Below the pieces are notes generated by a model, which worked only from the letters and a program-made list of their open reading frames with translations, did no database searches and was not told the origin of the DNA. This document shows positions 56,364-64,000 of a stretch of DNA of 64,000 bases, piece by piece. This DNA comes from Tubulanus polymorphus (Eukaryota > Animalia > Nemertea): positions 6,728,485 through 6,792,484 of the forward strand of contig NC_134027.1 in NCBI RefSeq assembly GCF_964204645.1, in the 5' to 3' direction. Position 1 is the stretch's first letter. Each line of letters begins with the position of its first letter. The translations under genes and the position numbers were made by a program.

Positions 56364-59300
56364 ATGTCACTGAGAATCATCTGTATCATGCTGCCAGTAT
56401 TACTGGAACATGTCGTACACATTTCTTCCTCGTGCAATGATTTTTCAAGAAGTAAGTGAAATTTCTAAGAGCGAATTTTTAAGTTGTAAATTTTAAGTAA
56501 GGGGCCTAACTTCTAACTCCTGAGGCTACTCAGTTATAAGTCATATGCTACTGTTGTACTGTACTGTGCAATCATTATGTAGGCCTACAGTTATTAGGCA
56601 GGCTTTATTAATTAAATAACTTTATTGTTTTCACAATCAATAGGCCTACAGACTTTTGACGCAAGGGACCTAGTAGTAGTAGCCCGGGACTCAAGCTACA
56701 ATACAACCGACCTCTCTACTATCTCCACCATCACTGCGCCAACCTGAGTACCAGCAGAATAATCAGCCTGTTGATTGAGGCTGGTTACCAGGATGATGAT
56801 GATGAGGCACACGGGCCGCATAGTATGCCGGCAGCGCCTGGCCCGGTTTTACGAACATTTTTTAAGCTAAATTAAAATTGTTGGTGTAGTCCCTCCGACC
56901 CTGGCTCCACATTTTCAATAATGATGACGAAAATTCAAACTTTAGTATTAACCGTTTTAAGCTTAAACTTTTTTTCTGAAATCAGACCTGCGAAGGATTT
57001 GCTGACGCGCGCACTGAAACAGGAGACAGAAACATGATTCCAAGCATTTCCCTGCGTCGTGGGCATTTGTGAGAACAGGAAAAGAAACTATGTTTCCGAG
57101 TTCATACACATGCTTCCATGTTTCCTGCAAAGGAGTAGATTTAAATCCCATATCATATTTTCTGAAATGAGGCTTTAAAGAAATTAAGTAACTTGGCAAC
57201 GTTAGGCTAAATTCACGAAAATTGTTTTTGTAGACACGACCATATTGGCCTGGACTGCCAATTATACCAGGGAATCTAATGAGACTATTGCACTGGATCC
57301 AATTGAAGGAGAATCACTTGATCTGAATTGCTGTGCAGAAGGCTACACGAACATAGCGTGGGAGAAACTAGAAAATGATGGTAGTCCACGAAATATAGAC
57401 ATGATTACTGGATTGAACGCCTATCGAAAAACAAGGAATCAAACTCTTCATTTTAAAGAAATCATTAAAAAACATGAATCCAGCAAATTTCGATGTATCG
57501 TCCGAAATGCAACTAGTTTTAAGACTCGGAACTTTCTTATTGATAATGTCCGTGGTGAGTACCGGTAGTCTAAAGTCTATTTTTTGTCTGGTATCGAATT
57601 TTTGGGGTGATTTCTCTTAAACTTTTGAACACATACCCGCCCCAAATTGGTCTTGATACAACCAATGAAAGTGTGCAGTCAGAATCAACATCGCTTTTAT
57701 ATAGTCTTCTATTCATTTTGCAATGATTTGCAGGATTGCGAAAAAAGGCTTCTATACGGCCTATCTCATTTGAATCAGAGAAAAGAGACTCTATTTTATA
57801 TAGTCAATCGATCAATCTATTTTAACAATATGTTTTGCAGGAAACATGTCGTTAGAATTTCAAAAATGGCTGATCTTTTCTCATTTCAACATGAGAAAAT
57901 GAAGACTTTTAGGCGATCCTTCAATACAGTGTAAGATGGATATAAAAACAACGCTTTACTGAGATGCACATTTTCACTGGTTGTATTAAGATCAATTATA
58001 GGCCTATGTGTTCAAAGGTGAAATATCCCCAAAAAATCGATGTCACATGATAATAAATAAATAGATAATAGTAAGGTTATCATTCGTTCAGCAGATTGTC
58101 CTGCAGTAAAATGTGGAAAGTACTTGAAATTCATCTCTCTGTAGGTGAATGTACTGAAGATGCTAACCAACTTGCAAGACTTGTCAAGGTTGAGAACACT
58201 ACTATCATTGAGAAGTCTATCGGAGAAAGTGTATCATTTATGTGCGAGGCTTACTATAAAGGATGTGATCATGGCCTTGTTGCATTCCATTGGGTCAAAA
58301 AGGGTGGAGTTTTTTTTGGGGAAAGGGTTAATAGGTAGGCATTTTGTACTTTTAAAAGTCAAAATTTGAAGCGTTGTTATCCCTGGGTTCGAATGTCTAG
58401 ACGAAAAATTATACACAACTTTCCACTGAAAACTAAAAAAAAGTTGGTTATTAAGTATGGTTATACTGTTCAAAGCATATTTCGAAGCAGGTGACATTGT
58501 TTTTATTTTCAGCACCAAAACCTTTAGAGGAGTTAAAATTTATCAAACATTCTACACTATCGATGCCATTAATTCATCTCATTATGGAGAGTACCTTTGT
58601 ATGAACCTGCACGATAAGATAACTTATATCTTGCAAGAAAAACGTAAGAAAATTATTTTGTGACTTATTGGTCCATTCACTATAATAGAGTTTTGTTGTG
58701 TTATTTCCTCAAATTTCTTTCATTTTATTTTCAGAAACTTCAGTCAGTAGCATTTTAGTTATTGTGTTCAGTATTGCAGTAGCTTTCATAGTTATCTTCA
58801 TTGTATTCATACTTGTTAATCTATACCTTTGGGTCAGAATAAAGGTAGTCTTCAAACAGTTTTACATAAGTATTTTTGATCATTATGAGAGAGGTAAGTT
58901 TTTCAATATTCTTTTCAACAGCTTCTGTTTCATACTCACAAGACCACTGGTTGATACATTATTTTTTCCCCTTTATTTGATTACAGAGGGAAATTATGAT
59001 GTTTTCATATTAGCAGCAGATTATGGTACTGATAGTTTGCTTGCTGTGGCATTGGGTTCATACTTGGAGAAATGTGGCCGCCATGTTTACATATATGAAA
59101 GAAATTCCGTACCTGGAGAGTGTATGTACATTTCTCATTCATAATCACTGAAAATTCAACAAATTCCTCCTAAATTTGTTAATTTTTGTGTATGTCAATC
59201 TGTTTTTAGCCCGCTTTGGACTTAAAGTCCTGAATAGTATTTTGTTGAATCTAAAATTCCTAGGCTAATCAATCTTTTCAAGATGTCTTTCAAGAACTGT

Positions 59301-60316
59301 CATTCTAATAAATGACAGTTTCATTAAACGTTCACACTGACCAAAATTCGAGTCTGTTAAGTTATTTTTTCCTTGTTCCATTTATATCGGTACCTATCTA
59401 TTTATATTGGTGCATATTTTGTAACCACAATCAATTGCAAATTTGTAGCTCATGACACGTTCTGTGATTGTGAAGAGTGTCAAGGTCATTGGTTTCTGTA
59501 CATGTTCTGCAGGGCGCATGAAATATTGAAATTGTCATATTTTCAGGCCTTTGCTGATCAATTCCTTAGTGTACATAGTGTCCCTGGTCCTTAAGTTATA
59601 CGTAGTTTTATTTCAAAGATCCAAATCACTTGAAAAACCCCTTTGTTTTTTAAGTTAAAGCAATTAAGAAAACTGTTCCAAAAACAAGTCATCCAGGATG
59701 AATTATGCTGTGTATGAAAAGTTATTCGAAGAACTAAGTTTCCTAGATTGTTATGATGAGCTTCTTTTATTTAGATAAAAGTACGAACTACATAAATGCA
59801 GTTCACGAAAGCAGTTGTGTATTGGCAATCATCACAGAGAGATTCATTGAGAGTCGTTTGTGTTATGATGCTTTGGAGGAAGCTCGTCGCGATGGGAAAC
59901 GTGTTGCTATTTGCATTTACAACAACAACGAGTTATCGACTGCCAACTGGGATGAAGAATTGCAGACATATTTTAGTGCATGTCGCAAATTTGTTTGGCG
60001 TCAAAGCTTTTACGAGTTCATTCGTCCACAATTGAATTCGAGTGATCGCAATATGAATCGCGCAGCGCCTCACATAGTACCAGCGGTGAACGCTGACGAT
60101 ACGGCAGTCGACAAGTCAAGTAGTGAACCAAATGTTGACAATGAGATTGATATTGTATCAACTGGTGCTGATTCAGGTTTTTGTGCAAAACTGAAGGTCA
60201 AATTTCAGAAGAGAAAAGTTCAAAATGATTTTCATTTGTTCAAGGAAGAATTATTATTGTATCTGCCGAAAGCTATTAATTCTAGCAGTGGTATGGTAAT
60301 GACAAATATCAACTAA
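56364..60316 (+). CDS. IL-1 receptor-like protein: signal peptide, two Ig-like domains, TM helix, TIR domain (521 aa, 7 exons)
   Basis: Exons 56364-56451, 57234-57554, 58145-58334, 58513-58643, 58735-58893, 58987-59121 and 59775-60316 splice in frame. Ig motifs LNCCAEG..IAWEK..FRCIVRN and FMCEAY..FHWVK..YGEYLC. TM ILVIVFSIAVAFIVIFIVFILVNLYLW. TIR box 1 YDVFIL, BB-loop YIYERNSVPG, then INAVHESSCVLAIITERFIESRLC. Confidence 0.85.
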
Positions 60317-61979
60317 ATGTGCATCTGATGTGGTTACTACTGATAATGGCCTGTTATCGATTAACCAAGATCAGCCATACATAAAATCAGTGCCCTGTTA
60401 AATACAGGGAGATTTTAAACATGGAATTTGAGAATCGTGTCAAAATAGTGATTTGCATTTTTGCATTTGTAACAAAAACACATATTAGGTTTTATCACTG
60501 CTATTTTTATGCATGTTGCCAAGCTTTGAAAGTTCATATTGAATGTGAATTGTATATCCATTAAAACAATATGTTCTGAATACATTTTTTGAATGAGATA
60601 CAATGTCACCTATAAATCATGTGTGATCAGCACTGGTGGTACCTGTCTGTCTCTGCATAAATTATCTGCATGTGTCTCGGTTAGATCCAGGGCTATTTGC
60701 AATATCTTCCTATAAAATTGATTCAAAGCGATGAATGTTACCTCGATCCGCTCAAGTGGGCTATTGCGTTCACTTAGTCCCTCCATTGGTTCGTTCATTC
60801 ATCTATCCACAGACAGTATCCAGTTACTTAGCCTAGGAACATTTTGAAGATGCTTGAAATTGTTGTGATACTTTGGTTATACATGTACATGTATTTACCC
60901 TAGACACATCTTTCCCGAATGAAGATAGCTGACTGGACTGGTAGCCATTGATGTTCATCAAAATCAACACATTTTTGAAGTTGTCATTAGATATTTTGAT
61001 GCTTTAATCAACTGTCTTGGGGTATTGAATATTGACATTATAGAGCATTTCAGGACCATTTAATCCAAGTTGGTATCGGGTTCATAGACTGGTACTTTGT
61101 AGTCTTTAAAGTCTTGTTATTGTTGATTCATTCATGAAATGATTTTTAGATTTATGATTGTTGTAATTATCGAATTTTTGCAATATAGAAAAAGTTTTTA
61201 TAAATAAAGGAGTATATATTATATTTTTGTAGATATCATTGTATTTGCAATTGATGTTTTTATGTATCGGTATGTTTTAGTATAATCATGATCCGGTGTT
61301 AAGTGTTGACATTTCCATAATTGTAGTAGATTGGAATTCGGATATACTGACATTTCATACAGCAAATGAAAAAAATTTGACCTGATTAATTGAAATTGAA
61401 ATACAAATATAATTAATTCTGGATTGCAAACTACATAAGTATCAATTATAATGATCAAAATCATGTGCCTTCTGTTGGACTTAGATTTGTTTGTAGAACT
61501 AGATTCAATAGTAAAACTATGATCGTTTTTTTTTTTTATGAAGTATTTATTCACGTCATGATGAATTGTATTCAAATCTGATGAAAAAATTCAACAAATG
61601 ATGTAAATGCGGTATTAATCGTATGAATAATCAATATTGGATTTTACTGGTTATGTGTTCATCCCATCGCATTGTTGTTTACAAATGATAAATTAAATGT
61701 TGAAAATTACATCATTGAGATAAATGCGCAATTATACAGTTAATCAGTTTAAATTTGATTTATGGTGTAACCAGTATTAGATGAAATGATACTCCTTGTA
61801 AATTGTAAAATTTGCTACTAATAAAGCAATATATTCTGTAGTTCTTTGTGGCTGTTTCTTTCATTTTTTGACATTATTACAGATAATTCTTAAATGTAAG
61901 TAGGTGTGCTACCCCTGTGGCTAAATTAGCTGATTTGATGAATTCAACCTTCATTTATAACCTATTGACACTGACCAAG

Positions 61980-62311
61980 CAGGGGCGGATCTAGAGGCAG
62001 ACAATGACAGGAGCACAGAATTAAAAAAAGGGCAACTCGTAAGAAAATACACTATCCATGACAGCCGAGCGCCGAAAGCGCGAAGCGTTCGTGGGGGGTC
62101 TGGGGGACCTCCCCCATAAAATTTTTGAATTTCAACCCATTTTAATGCAATTTCCAGGCACCCGAGACACAAAAATGACATTCTGCAACAATTTTCTAAG
62201 AGATGGGAATTTATTAATATGGAAACAATGTGATAATGAACTTTATAGAATGAAAAATTTTTTTTGCACTTCTGCGACAGGAGCACGTGCTCCCGTCTAG
62301 ATCTGCCCCTG
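61980..62311. mobile_element. MITE with CAGGGGCGGATCTAGA terminal inverted repeats and 5-bp TSD
   Basis: caggggcggatctaga ... tctagatctgcccctg, with CCAAG immediately on both flanks. Internal gagcgccgaaagcgcgaagc and ggggggtctgggggacctcccc blocks. Confidence 0.8.
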
Positions 62312-64000
62312 CCAAGATCAGAAAAATCAGCATCTGTCTTGATCATCATACTTAATTACCATCATCCACCCGTCTTCAATGATAAGAGAACGTCAGAAGG
62401 GGTTGGATCTGGGTTGCGGATCGAGGTCTGCCTGCTATGGATGTGTGCAGTGACATTCAGAGGCTTGGAATTTGTTTTCATAACGATACTACAAAGATGT
62501 AGTTGCTACAATCATACCAAGCAGTGACATGTTACAACGATGAAGAAAGATAATCCTTGGAACCCGAAAATAAATAATTAAAGAACTTAACAACATTATA
62601 TCGTATTGGGTGTTAAACTGGACTTGTCAGATTTTATTTTCCATCAGATCTAGTATTATAAGCTAAAAAATAAAATGTTCACTAGGTAGAGATGCAATAG
62701 CAAAATGAAATAAAAACATTCAACGATATATCATAAAATATAGATATAGCCAACTTGAACAAACATAACAAACATCGTACACGCGAAGACTGCAGCGAAT
62801 ATCCCAATACTACACTCCTAGGAAAAATAGAATATCTCTATGACAATACAATGACTTATAAATATTATGAATATCGCATGTCGTCTTGTTACATTGCTAT
62901 CACCTGAGGATAAATAAAAGGGCAACAAATTATGCAGAAAAGTCAAACAAAGATTGATGAGGCAGATCTACCTTATTATATCTAGCGACATAGAAGCACA
63001 GTACTGACCACATATACTAAAATCCATTCTCAACGCAGAAAAAAGAATTATTTCAAGCAGAGATACATAATCAACACAAAATAGTGGTAGTTTTCCATGT
63101 GAAAAACATATAATGTCTGCTGTGCTGGGTAATAAAATAAAATATGTTGGATTCTATCTTTAGTGGCCACAAAAGGCCAAGCAAACTGAGTTTCATGGTA
63201 GTTATTGGCAGGCCAGGTTGCCATTGTTTATAATTTTTCATTACATTCAATGATATGAATTCAGTATGTAACTCAAGGTCCAACCATTTGTTTACCATAG
63301 ATAAACTGAAAAAATACATCGTTTGAACTTTTAAACCTGTGATATACATTGTACCTATGTAGTATATGAACATTTGATAAGCATCATATGATATCTTATG
63401 AAACGGACCGTGGGAATGAGGAAATCTAGTTACATAAGTGGTGTTCATGAATTTCTGTTAGATAAAATATGAAGATATACTGGTAGGTACCACACATGGT
63501 ATAAGTATGGTCCATTCATTTATCGCCACCATTAAGTACACACTTAATTAAAGATCCTAAACAATTTTCATTCTATTTACAATATCCATACTGCTCATCT
63601 TTTTGAATTAGTTATTGTATACATTAAATCTAACTACAATTTTCCGATTATATGTAAAAGAAGTATTTAAATAGACAGCTCCCAATCTCTAATATGGTTT
63701 ATTTTCTGCAAAGGTCCAATCTTCAAATTCTTCATTTTGAAAGAGATAAATTAGACGTTATGTGATCTTTCCTTTTGAGGATTAATCATTGTTTGAACAT
63801 TTGCATAAAATAAACTATTGTAATTTAGACTATCTATTTAATTACTACATTGTTATTACTATTATTATTAGTATTATTATACCACCAAAGACGAGAATAC
63901 ATTTTTGAGACAGCTGTCGTTAATCATCAGTATGCACAGGTTCACTGAACACTTAATTCATGGTTCGCGAAACCTGAACTGATATTTGCAAAGCGACATC

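Noticed and set aside
61951-62527. ORFs of 80-132 aa
   Set aside because: They overlap the 61980-62311 MITE and carry no transposase motifs.

Overview
AT-rich, gene-dense metazoan (invertebrate-like) nuclear DNA with many short GT-AG introns, so the ORF track only shows exon fragments. Splicing by hand gives 11 protein-coding genes in order: intronless ankyrin-repeat protein (-), eIF4E class III (+), NCOA5/Neosin-like (-), transglutaminase (-), ACAD9 (+), CNBP-like zinc-knuckle protein (-), GABARAPL2/ATG8 (+), an orphan type I membrane protein with a tiny ectodomain (+), PSMG2 (-), DEF8 (-) and an Ig-Ig-TM-TIR (IL-1 receptor-like) gene (+). Intergenic and intronic DNA carries several MITE-like inverted-repeat elements, some with visible target-site duplications. 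The most notable observations are the invertebrate IL-1R-like receptor, the orphan adaptor-like membrane protein, a 67-bp tandem duplication in DEF8 whose only mismatch destroys the extra splice acceptor, and a His-Gly-repeat leader exon on the transglutaminase. I found no tRNA, rRNA, CRISPR array or prokaryotic-type system. Gene models and family calls come from manual translation and remembered motifs; no database search was run.
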